DNA from: Verrucomicrobiota bacterium
GTDB lineage: Bacteria; Verrucomicrobiota; Verrucomicrobiia; Opitutales; Seribacteraceae
Reading direction: 5' to 3'
Assembly (NCBI GenBank): GCA_027622665.1
Contig: JAQBYT010000001.1
Location: 1-64,000, forward strand
DNA: 64,000 nt
How positions within the stretch are numbered: the first letter of the stretch is position 1; each line of letters starts with the position of its first letter. Both the position numbers and the translations under genes were made by a program. Positions 1-9,300 of the stretch are shown here, one piece after another. Below the pieces are notes generated by a model that had not been told where the DNA came from, searched no databases, and saw only the letters and a program-made list of their open reading frames with translations.

Positions 1-76
1 ATACATCTGGAAATACGTCTCAACGTAACTCAGCATTCAGCCCTCAGCATTCATCATTCGCCAAAGGCGCGAAGTT
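1..76 (+). repeat. Partial copy of heptamer-arm mini-unit (3' arm plus CGCC-AAA-GGCG hairpin)
   Basis: 1-54 matches 4906-4959 with one mismatch; 55-76 resembles 4811-4832 (cattcgcc[a/g]aaggcgc[g/t]aagtt). Confidence 0.9.
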
Positions 77-442
77 ATGAGTGCTGAATTGAAGATTGTT
101 GAGCGTAGCTTTGAGTTTGCGGTGGGCGTAGTTCGGCTTTGCCGTTTTTTGGACGAGCAAGACCGATCTAGTCGAACCCTGGCTTCGCAACTTTTACGTT
201 CGGGGACATCGATCGGGGCTAATATCGAAGAAGCTCAGGCCGGACAGAGCAAAGCCGACTTCACTGCAAAAATGTCGATCGCCCGAAAGGAAGCACGTGA
301 AACGCTTTACTGGCTCAGACTGATCAAGGCCGCTGATAGGGTTGAGGTCAGCAAACTAGATGATATCACGAGGGAAGCGGACGAATTAGTCCGCATTCTG
401 ACTGCAATAGTCAAAACTTCGCAGCTTGGGAAAAATTCATAA
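77..442 (+). CDS. Four helix bundle protein (TIGR02436 / 23S rRNA IVS protein / Avd-like family)
   Basis: 121 aa; family motifs QLLRSGTSIGANIEEA, S.ADF..K..IA.KEA.ET.YWL. Confidence 0.92.
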   Translation: MSAELKIVERSFEFAVGVVRLCRFLDEQDRSSRTLASQLLRSGTSIGANIEEAQAGQSKADFTAKMSIARKEARETLYWLRLIKAADRVEVSKLDDITREADELVRILTAIVKTSQLGKNS

Positions 443-445
443 TTC

Positions 446-1000
446 ATGACTCAGCACTCAAAATTCAGCGCAGCTGCCTTGGAACAGGCGATTATCGAGC
501 TGCTAGGCCAAGAAGGCTACCCCTACGTCAAAGGCGACACGATCACAAGAGAGCCAGGGCAAGTTTTGCTGCATGCCGACCTGCGGGCCTTTCTGGCCAA
601 GCGGTATTCGGCAGACAAGATCACGTCGCAGGAAATCGAGGCGGTCATCAAGCAGCTCGAAGCCTACTCGGCAGCCGATCTCTACGAGAGCAACAAGGCG
701 ATCATGAAGCTGGTCTCGGATGGCTTTCTGCTGAAGCGGGAAGACCGCAGCCAGAAGGATCTGTATGTCCAGTTGATCGATTACTCGGAGCTGGTGGCGT
801 TTCGGGAACCAAACCCCGGCGAAGTGCCGACCATCGTGGCGGAGGACCAAGCCGTCTATGGCGGCAGCCGAAACCTTTTCAAGATCGTCAATCAGCTGGA
901 GATTGTCGGCCACGAGAAGCGCATTCGCGACACCCTCCTCCCGAAACTCATCTCCGGCGAACTCCGCGTCCTCGAGGGCGAACAACTTACCAAGGCCTGA
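446..1000 (+). pseudogene. Truncated HsdR N-terminus (446-925) fused in frame to an HsdS-like C-terminal tail (926-1000)
   Basis: First ~160 aa nearly identical to N-terminus of 6377..9607; then RDTLLPKLISGELRV, the typical HsdS C-terminal motif. Confidence 0.85.
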
Positions 1001-1060
1001 TAAGGACAGAGTCCTGTCTCGACTAAATCCCATTCAGCACCTATCCTATTCACGAAACTT

Positions 1061-2023
1061 ATGCCGACTGCCGACCAACTCAAATCACTGATCCGCTCTC
1101 ATTTCGACGAAGATGATGAGCTCTTTCACACTTTGGCTCTGCAAGTCGCAGCACATGAGGCTCGTCGTGGCCATTCGACTCTGGCCCATGACATCCGTGA
1201 CCTCATCGACCAAAGAAGCAAGAAACAGTCGGAGGTCAATATCGTTCCCTTTCCTCTGGAACTTGCAGGTTTAGTCATCTCAACTCAGCCTAATGCTCAC
1301 CTTTCTCGTCTTGTACTCGCAGACACTCTTAAATCCCGGATCAAAAAGGTCATTCATGAGTTCCATCAGCGACACAAGCTACAGAAACATGGACTGACTA
1401 ACCGTCGAAAAGTCCTTCTTTCCGGCCCTCCGGGCACAGGGAAAACACTCACCAGTCACATCCTTGCGGGCGAATTAAAGCTCCCTCTCCACGTCATTCA
1501 GGTGGACAAACTGGTCACCCGCTTCATGGGTGAAACAAGTGCCAAGTTGAGACAAATTTTTGATCTGATTCGCAGCGAAACAGGCGTTTACCTTTTCGAC
1601 GAATTTGATGCCATCGGTGGAGATCGCTCGCGTGATAACGATGTGGGAGAAATGCGTCGCGTGCTGAACGCCCTGCTACAATTTATTGAACAGGACAGCT
1701 CCGAAAGTCTCATTATTGCGGCTACTAATAATTCAGAACTTTTGGACCGGGCCTTGTTCCGTCGCTTCGATGATGTGCTGCGGTATAATTTCCCAAACGA
1801 GGAAGAGAGAAAGAGTCTCATCACCAATGTTCTCGGGCCATTTAATCAGCTAAAAGGCTGGAAAGGCGTCTTGAAGGCCTGTGACTCTCTTAGTCATGCT
1901 GAAATCGATCATGCGTGCCGAGATGCCATGAAAGAAGCCATTCTCTCCAACAAGAATCAGGTTACGGCAAAGGATTTAGTCAAAGCCTTCGATGAGCGCC
2001 ACAAGACTCATGACCGCATCTAA
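1061..2023 (+). CDS. AAA+ ATPase (IetA-like)
   Basis: Walker A GPPGTGKT, Walker B LFDEFD, AATN..LLDRALFRRFD; directly upstream of an S8 peptidase. Confidence 0.88.
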   Translation: MPTADQLKSLIRSHFDEDDELFHTLALQVAAHEARRGHSTLAHDIRDLIDQRSKKQSEVNIVPFPLELAGLVISTQPNAHLSRLVLADTLKSRIKKVIHEFHQRHKLQKHGLTNRRKVLLSGPPGTGKTLTSHILAGELKLPLHVIQVDKLVTRFMGETSAKLRQIFDLIRSETGVYLFDEFDAIGGDRSRDNDVGEMRRVLNALLQFIEQDSSESLIIAATNNSELLDRALFRRFDDVLRYNFPNEEERKSLITNVLGPFNQLKGWKGVLKACDSLSHAEIDHACRDAMKEAILSNKNQVTAKDLVKAFDERHKTHDRI

Positions 2024-2029
2024 ATCCTC

Positions 2030-4531
2030 ATGCCGCCGCAAACATCACGCCACCCCCACCTTTTTCTTCCCGGACCTTCAACCACACGGGATGACTATAC
2101 TAGTCCGCGACAGGGCGGTGGAGGTGCCACGTTAAAGCAACAACATCGAGAGTCTCACGCAGGGGCAATCATTCAAGGATTGGAGAAAGCAGAGGCGGAA
2201 ACATTACAAAGAAAGGCCACTGCGCAATCAACTCGTGAAGGCACTTATATCGAATTCTCAAGCGAACCTGGGTTTGACCTCGTTCTTAAAAGTCTCGAAT
2301 CCCAACAAGCGGGAATCAGACTCCTAAACGTAAGGACCACGGGGAGCGACTCTGACGCAATCACACGTGCTACAGTATTTGTTCCTCAGGATAAGAACGC
2401 TTACTTTTTGGACAAAGCGAAGGTCTATCTTGCAGAAGATAACCCGCCAAAACCTGATGGCACATCGACGCCTAAGAACGGGCCTTTGATTGAGAGCATC
2501 GCGGAAGTAAAAGCTGCTATTCTTCAAAGGTCCTTTTGGAACGACGAACTGGATTTACTTCCTTCTGAATCTCCAAAATGGATCGAAGCTTGGATCAGTA
2601 GTGAAGACGTTGAGGACATTGCTCACTTCAAAGAACTTTGTGAGACACAGAGAATTATTGTAGGAGAAGGCCAGTGTCATTTCCCTGAAAGAACTGTTCT
2701 TCTCCTTCAGGCAAATCGTATTCAACTGGAGTCCCTCATTGAGCACTCGGCACTCATTGCTGAATTTCGCTCAGCCAGAGAGGTCGCGACCTTCTTCATC
2801 GAGCAGAATAATACTGACCAGACCTCCTGGGCCAATCATCTCCTTGATCGAACGAGCTTCGATCAATCTAAAGATATTAGCGTGCTGGTTCTCGATCACG
2901 GCGTAAATAATGGGCACATGCTCTTGGAGCCATTGCTGGCTGACGATGATTGCCATGCAAACAATCCGGAATGGGGAACTCAAGACGATCACGGGCACGG
3001 GACACTCATGGCAGGAACAGCTGCCTATGGAGACATTCAGGAAAAACTAGAGCAGCACAATCCCCTGATCATTGAGCATATTCTGGAATCTTCTAAAATT
3101 CTCCCTCCCCCTCCTGAAGTAAACCCGCGCAGGCTCTGGGGCTATCAGACAGCGGAAGGTATCTACCGGGCAGAGATCCAAGCTCCACAGCGGAAACGGA
3201 TTATCTGTATGGCTATCACTAGCAAGGAAGGATTGAAGCAAGGTCGGCCTTCCTCCTGGTCTGGCCAAATTGATAGGCTTGCCGCCGGAGTCGAAGATGA
3301 GCGCCAGCGACTCATCATTCTGAGCGCAGGAAACGTTGATGATCCGGAAGAATGGAAAAACTATCCCGATGCAAACCTAACAGCTCAGGTGCAAGACCCC
3401 GCTCAGGCCTGGAATGCTCTCACTGTCGGCGCATACACCACAAAGACCCGCATTTCAGACCCGTTCTTAAACGGCTATTCGCCGGTAGCAGACTCAGGCG
3501 GGCTTTCTCCCTTTTCTTCAAGCTCACTTACGTGGCCGGAGAGAAAATGGCCGATCAAACCAGAGATTCTTTTTGAAGGAGGGAATGTTGCAAAAAACTC
3601 TTCAAATGCCGTCTTCCCCACTGACGACCTCGCCCTTCTCTCGACATATCACCTCCCTGGCGAATCACTTTTTTCAGCATTTAATGCTACCAGTATCGCC
3701 TCTGCACAGGCCGCTCACATGGCAGCACAACTTCAAGCTGTCTACTCAGACTCTTGGCCTGAGACGATCCGTGGACTGATGGTGCATTCTGCAAACTGGA
3801 CTGAGACTCAAATAAGAAACCACCTCTCGGGAAGAACCAAAGCGGATTACCAAAGACTCGCCAGAGTCTGTGGCTACGGAGTGCCCAATCTACAGACGGC
3901 TATCTCTTGCGGTCAAAACTCTCTTTCTCTGATTGCTGAGGCTGAAATTCAGCCATTCACAAAACACGCTACGGATAGCAGAGGCATCACCAAAGACATG
4001 CACATCTACAGCCTTCCTTGGCCTGAAACAGAGCTGCTCGACCTCGGTGAGCTCGAGATCCAGATGAGAGTCACGCTCTCCTATTTCATCGAACCAAGCC
4101 CAGGAGAAATCGGTTGGCAAGACCGCTATCGCTACGCTTCACATGCCCTTCGCTTCGAATTAAACGGCCCTGGAGAAAATCAGGACCGCTTCATTCAGCG
4201 CATCAATAGGAAAGCCCGTGATGATGATCAGCATCCAGGAAGTGAAGGTGCGGGAAGCCACTGGACTCTCGGTGAGTCGCGCAATGTTGGGTCAATTCAT
4301 TCTGATATCTGGACAGGCACGGCAGCTCAGTTAGCCGCGTCAAACTTGATCGCTGTGCATCCAGCGGTCGGTTGGTGGAAGGAACGCAGGCATTTAGGAA
4401 ATCTAGAAAAATCCACACGCTATTCGCTCATTATCTCATTCACACTCCCTAGCCAAGAGATCGACATTTATACCCCAATCGCCCAACAGCTAGGAATCAA
4501 GACACCTATCGAGGTCTCGATTCCAACGTAG
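2030..4531 (+). CDS. S8 family serine peptidase (IetS-like)
   Basis: Subtilase triad VLDHG, HGTLMAG, ATSIA; SAGN oxyanion motif; no signal peptide; C-terminal P..GWWK.R. Confidence 0.88.
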   Translation: MPPQTSRHPHLFLPGPSTTRDDYTSPRQGGGGATLKQQHRESHAGAIIQGLEKAEAETLQRKATAQSTREGTYIEFSSEPGFDLVLKSLESQQAGIRLLNVRTTGSDSDAITRATVFVPQDKNAYFLDKAKVYLAEDNPPKPDGTSTPKNGPLIESIAEVKAAILQRSFWNDELDLLPSESPKWIEAWISSEDVEDIAHFKELCETQRIIVGEGQCHFPERTVLLLQANRIQLESLIEHSALIAEFRSAREVATFFIEQNNTDQTSWANHLLDRTSFDQSKDISVLVLDHGVNNGHMLLEPLLADDDCHANNPEWGTQDDHGHGTLMAGTAAYGDIQEKLEQHNPLIIEHILESSKILPPPPEVNPRRLWGYQTAEGIYRAEIQAPQRKRIICMAITSKEGLKQGRPSSWSGQIDRLAAGVEDERQRLIILSAGNVDDPEEWKNYPDANLTAQVQDPAQAWNALTVGAYTTKTRISDPFLNGYSPVADSGGLSPFSSSSLTWPERKWPIKPEILFEGGNVAKNSSNAVFPTDDLALLSTYHLPGESLFSAFNATSIASAQAAHMAAQLQAVYSDSWPETIRGLMVHSANWTETQIRNHLSGRTKADYQRLARVCGYGVPNLQTAISCGQNSLSLIAEAEIQPFTKHATDSRGITKDMHIYSLPWPETELLDLGELEIQMRVTLSYFIEPSPGEIGWQDRYRYASHALRFELNGPGENQDRFIQRINRKARDDDQHPGSEGAGSHWTLGESRNVGSIHSDIWTGTAAQLAASNLIAVHPAVGWWKERRHLGNLEKSTRYSLIISFTLPSQEIDIYTPIAQQLGIKTPIEVSIPT

Positions 4532-4560
4532 AGATTCAGAGAAGAAATCTTATGACTACT

Positions 4561-4581
4561 AAATTCGGAAATCCCGAATTT
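4561..4581. terminator. 8-bp inverted repeat after S8 peptidase (possible terminator or operator)
   Basis: AAATTCGG-aaatc-CCGAATTT. Confidence 0.35.
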
Positions 4582-4631
4582 GCTTCAGAACCAAGGATTC
4601 CCTCATCAATAAGATTATCTAACTAAGCACG

Positions 4632-4971
4632 ATGAAATTCACCGAAGCCCAACTCGAAGCAAACGCCCCACTGGGGCGAAGGATGAAGGATGAATTATGA
4701 GTGATGAACAGCTGCTTTGCAGAATGATGAAGGATAAATTATGAATGATAAATTAAATATCATCGAAAATGCGTCTGAACGGACCTCAGCATTCAGCCCT
4801 CAGCATTCATCATTCGCCGAAGGCGCTAAGTTCACCGAAGCCCAACTCGAAGCAAACGCCCCACTGGGGCGAATGATGAAGGATGAATTATGAGTGTTGA
4901 ATTAGATACATCTGGAAATACGTCTCAACGCAACTCAGCATTCAGCCCTCAGCATTCATAACTCATAATTC
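4632..4971 (+). repeat. Two tandem gene-less heptamer-arm units, each preceded by a copy of an hsdR-like 5' end and a CGCCCCA-C-TGGGGCG palindrome
   Basis: 4638-4708 is repeated at 4831-4901 (2 mismatches); 5' arms ggcgaa(g/t)gatgaaggatgaattatgagtg, 3' arms ctcagcattcagccctcagcattcat. Confidence 0.9.
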
Positions 4972-4980
4972 TAACAGCTT

Positions 4981-6000
4981 ATGCCCAACGAACTCATTTT
5001 CTACAAAACCCCGGACGGCGAGCAACGGATTGAAGTCGTCTATGAGGACGAGAACTTCTGGATGTCGCAACGGGCGCTGGCAGAGCTATTCTCGGTTCAG
5101 GTTCCCGCGATCAGCAAGCACCTGAAAAACATCTTCGAATCTGGAGAATTGGCCGAAGAACAGGTTGTTTCCATTTTGGAAACAACCACTCAACACGGAG
5201 CCATTGCGGGGAAAACCCAATCTCAGAAGACTAAATTCTACAGCCTCGATGCCATCATCGCCGTCGGCTACCGAGTGAATAGCTACCAAGCTACTCAGTT
5301 TCGCATCTGGGCAACGAAGACCTTGAAGGAGTTTGTGATCAAGGGCTTCGTGATGGACGATGAGCGTCTCAAACAGGGCAAACAGTTTGGTCAGGATTAT
5401 TTCGATGAGTTGTTGGAGCGCATTCGTGAGATCCGTGCCAGCGAGCGCCGTTTCTACCAAAAAATCACCGACATCTACGCCCTCTCGACCGACTACGACA
5501 AGAATGCTCCCGTCACCCGAGAATTCTTTGTCTCCGTGCAGAATAAGCTCCACTGGGCGATCACCGGTAAGACCGCTGCCGAGACGATCCACGAGCTGGC
5601 CGATTCTGAGAAGCCTCACATGGGACTCGCGACATGGAAAGACGGCCCCAAAGGTAAAGTATTGAAGTCGGATGTATCCGTCGCAAAAAATTATCTTAAC
5701 GAGGCTCACGTGAAGGAGCTGAATCGCATCGTCTCCGCCTACCTCGACTTGGCCGAGAATCGAGCCGAACGGCTGATCACGATGAACATGGCGGACTGGG
5801 TCGTATTTTTAAACAATTTCCTAGAGCTATCGAGCTACCCGATCCTGGATGATAAAGGCAAAGTGAGCGCCTTGGAAGCCAAGCTTAAAGCAGAAGCCGT
5901 GTATGAGCAATTCCGGCAAGAGCAAGATCGGGAATACGTTTCCGATTTCGACCGTGAGATCAAACGCCTTAGCGGATCTAAAGATCCGAATGATGAATGA
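4981..6000 (+). CDS. rhuM: Virulence RhuM family DNA-binding protein
   Basis: Motifs YSLDAIIAVGYRVNS..ATQFRIWAT, DYFDELLERIREIRASERRFYQK, VQNKLHWAITG.TAAE. Confidence 0.9.
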   Translation: MPNELIFYKTPDGEQRIEVVYEDENFWMSQRALAELFSVQVPAISKHLKNIFESGELAEEQVVSILETTTQHGAIAGKTQSQKTKFYSLDAIIAVGYRVNSYQATQFRIWATKTLKEFVIKGFVMDDERLKQGKQFGQDYFDELLERIREIRASERRFYQKITDIYALSTDYDKNAPVTREFFVSVQNKLHWAITGKTAAETIHELADSEKPHMGLATWKDGPKGKVLKSDVSVAKNYLNEAHVKELNRIVSAYLDLAENRAERLITMNMADWVVFLNNFLELSSYPILDDKGKVSALEAKLKAEAVYEQFRQEQDREYVSDFDREIKRLSGSKDPNDE

Positions 6001-6006
6001 TAAATT

Positions 6007-6373
6007 ATGAGTGATGAATTAACTATTGTTGAGCGTAGTTTTGAGTTTGCTGTGCGTGTTATCCGCCTGTGCCGTTTTTTTGGACGATCAGGATCGTTCG
6101 ACTCGAACACTGGCTTCTCAACTGTTGCGTTCGGGAACATCTGTCGGAGCGAATATCGAAGAAGCTCAAGCTGGACAGAGCAAAGCGGACTTCACTGCTA
6201 AAATGTCAATTGCTAGAAAGGAAGCTCGAGAAACGCTTTATTGGCTCAATCTACTCAAAGCTGCTGAGATCGTCGAAGCCGAAAAACTAAACGATATAAC
6301 GAGAGAAGCAGATGAGTTGGTTCGTATTATAACCTCGATCGTCAAAACTTCACAACTCGGGAAAAATTCATAA
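6007..6373 (+). pseudogene. Four helix bundle protein, second copy, +1 frameshift in T7 run
   Basis: MSDELTIVERSFEFAV (frame of 6007) continues as FLDDQDRS..QLLRSGTSVGANIEEA (frame of 6026); T7 at 6075-6081 versus T6 in intact copy 77..442. Confidence 0.88.
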
Positions 6374-6376
6374 CTC

Positions 6377-9300
6377 ATGACTCAGCATTCAAAATTCAGC
6401 GAAGCTGCCTTGGAACAGGCGATTATCGAGCTGCTAGGCCAAGAAGGCTACCCCTACGTCAAAGGCGACACGATCACAAGAGAGCCAGGGCAAGTTTTGC
6501 TGCATGCCGACCTGCGGGCCTTTCTGGCCAAGCAATACGCGGCGGACCATATCACGCCGCAAGAAATCGAGGCGGTGATCAAGCAGCTTGAAGCCTACTC
6601 GGCGGCTGATCTCTACGAGAGCAACAAGGCGGTCATGAAGTTGGTCTCGGATGGCTTTCTGCTGAAGCGGGAGGACCGCAGCCAGAAGGATTTGTATATC
6701 CAGTTGATCGATTACTCGGAGCTTGTGGGGTTTAGGGAACCGAATCCCGGCGAAGTGCCGACCATCGTGGCGGAGGATGCTGGCGTCTATGGCAGCAGCC
6801 GAAACATTTTCAAGATGGTCAACCAGTTGGAGATCACTGGTGGAGAGAAGCGGATTCCGGACGGGATCCTCTATGTCAACGGGTTGCCCTTGGTGGTGTT
6901 TGAGTTCAAGAGCGCAATCCGCGAGGTGGCGACGATTCACGATGCCTTTGTGCAACTGACGGTGCGCTACCGGCGGGATATCCCGGAGTTGTTCAAGTAC
7001 AATGCGTTTTGCGTGATTTCGGACGGGGTGAACAACAAGGTGGGCTCGTTCTTCGCCCCCTACGAGTTCTACTATGCTTGGCGCAAGATCGATGGGGCGG
7101 ACTTGGTGGAGGCGGAGGGGATTGATTCGCTCTACACGATGGTGAAGGGTTTGTTCGACCCGACGCGCCTGCTGGACGTGATCCGCAACTTCGTCTACCT
7201 GCCCGACGTTTCGCGCGCCGAACAGAAGATTCTCTGCCGCTATCCGCAGTATTATGCAGCGAAGAAATTGTTCGATAGCGTGCTGGCTCACCGCAAGCCG
7301 GTGGGAGATGGCAAGGGAGGAACCTATTTCGGGGCCACGGGGTGCGGGAAGAGTTTTACCATGCTCTTTCTCGCCCGTCTGCTGATGCGCAGCGTGGAGC
7401 TGGCCAGCCCGACGATCGTATTGATTACCGACCGGACGGATCTGGATGACCAGCTCTCCGGCTTGTTCACCAACGGGAAGGGCTATCTGGGGGACGAGTC
7501 GGTGATCAGCGTGGAGAGCCGGGAGCATTTGCGCGATTTGCTGAAGGGAAGAAATAGTGGAGGAGTCTTCCTGACCACGATCCACAAGTTCACCGAGGAT
7601 ACGGAGCTCCTGACCGAACGTACCAACGTGATCTGCATATCCGATGAGGCCCACCGCAGCCAGGTAAACCTCGAACAGAAACTGAGAGTGACCGAGGAGG
7701 GAGTGAAGAAAACTTACGGGTTCGCCAAGTACCTGCACGATTCCCTGCCCAACGCGACTTACGTGGGCTTCACGGGGACACCGATCGACGCGACACTGGA
7801 TGTCTTCGGCGAGGTGGTGGATGCCTACACCATGACGGAGTCGGTGGCGGACGAGATTACGGTGCGCATCGTATACGAGGGGCGGGCGGCGAAGGTGATG
7901 CTGGACAATAGCAAGCTCAAGGAGATCGAGGACTACTACGGCCGGTGCGCGAATGAGGGAGCGAGCGAGCACGCGATCGAGGAGAGCAAGAAGGCCACGA
8001 CGAACATGGGCGCCATCCTGGGCGACCCGGACCGGATCCAAGCCTTGGCCGAGGATTTCGTGAAACACTACGAGAAGCGCGTCAACGAGGGGTCGACTGT
8101 GGCAGGCAAGGCGATGTTCGTGAGCAGTAGCCGGACGGTGGCCTACGATTTTTACAAGGCGGTGATCGCCCTGCGTCCGGAATGGGCCGAGGTGAAGGTG
8201 TGCGCCGATGGCGTGGAACTGAGCGAGGCGGAGACCAAGACGATCAAGCCGATGGAGCGCATCAAGATGGTGATGACCCGGGGCAAGGATGACGAGGAAA
8301 CCCTTTACGATTTGCTGGGGACCAGCGAGTACCGCAAGGAGCTGGACCGGCAGTTCAAGACGGCGAAGTCGAACTTCAAGATCGCGATCCTTGTGGACAT
8401 GTGGTTGACGGGCTTCGACGTGCCTTTCCTCGACACCATCTACGTCGATAAACCGATTCAGCGACACAACCTGATCCAGACGATTTCCCGGGTGAACCGA
8501 AAGTTCGAGAACAAGCAAAAGGGGCTGGTGGTCGACTACGTGGGGATCAAGAAGCAGATGAACCAGGCGCTGGCCCAGTACTCGAAGGCGGACAGCGCCA
8601 ACATCGAGGAGATCGCCGCATCCATCACGGTGGTGAAGGATCACTTGGACTTGCTGACGAGACTTTTTTACACCTTTGATACGACCCCCTACTTCTCCGG
8701 TTCACCGGCAGACCAGTTGCAGTGCCTGAATCGTGCGGCGGAATTCGCCCTGATAACGGAGAAGGTGAAGACGCGGTTCATGTTCCTGGTGAAGCGCATG
8801 AAGGCGGCCTACGACATATGCAGCGGGAGCGATGCGTTCACCGAAGAGGAGCGCGATCACATCCACTTCTACCTGGCCGTGCGTTCCATCGTCGCCAAGT
8901 TGACCGTCGGCCCCGCCCCCGACACCGCCCAGATGAACGCCAAGGTGCGCGACATGATCAGTGCTGCAATCCAAAGCGACGGGGTGGAGGAAATTTTCAA
9001 GCTCGGGGAGGACGACGCAACCGAGATCGACATCTTCGAGGGCGACTACTTGTCGAAGATCGAGAAGATCAAGCTGCCCAATACGAAGATCAAGCTGCTC
9101 CAGCAATTGCTGAAGAGAGCGATCACCGACTTCAAGAAGGTGAACAGGATAAAGGGAGTCGACTTCTCCAAGAAATTTCAGACCTTGGTCGAGAAATACA
9201 ATGAGCGGGACGAGCAGGACGTGCTGCGCAGCAATGTGCTCGAGGACTTTACCGATGAGATCATCGACTTGTTCCAAGCCCTGAAGGTGGAGAAGGATTC

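Noticed and set aside
77..442. 23S rRNA intervening sequence
   Set aside because: Flanks are protein-coding and repeat DNA, not rRNA
4632..4971. CRISPR array
   Set aside because: Only two long direct repeats, degenerate heptamer structure, no regular repeat-spacer periodicity and no cas genes
77..6373. Diversity-generating retroelement (Avd-like genes plus duplicated sequence)
   Set aside because: No reverse transcriptase in the window; differences between duplicates are mostly synonymous and not adenine-specific
6434..8644. 736-aa minus-strand ORF and similar long antisense ORFs
   Set aside because: Antisense shadows of GC-rich genes with no recognisable motifs
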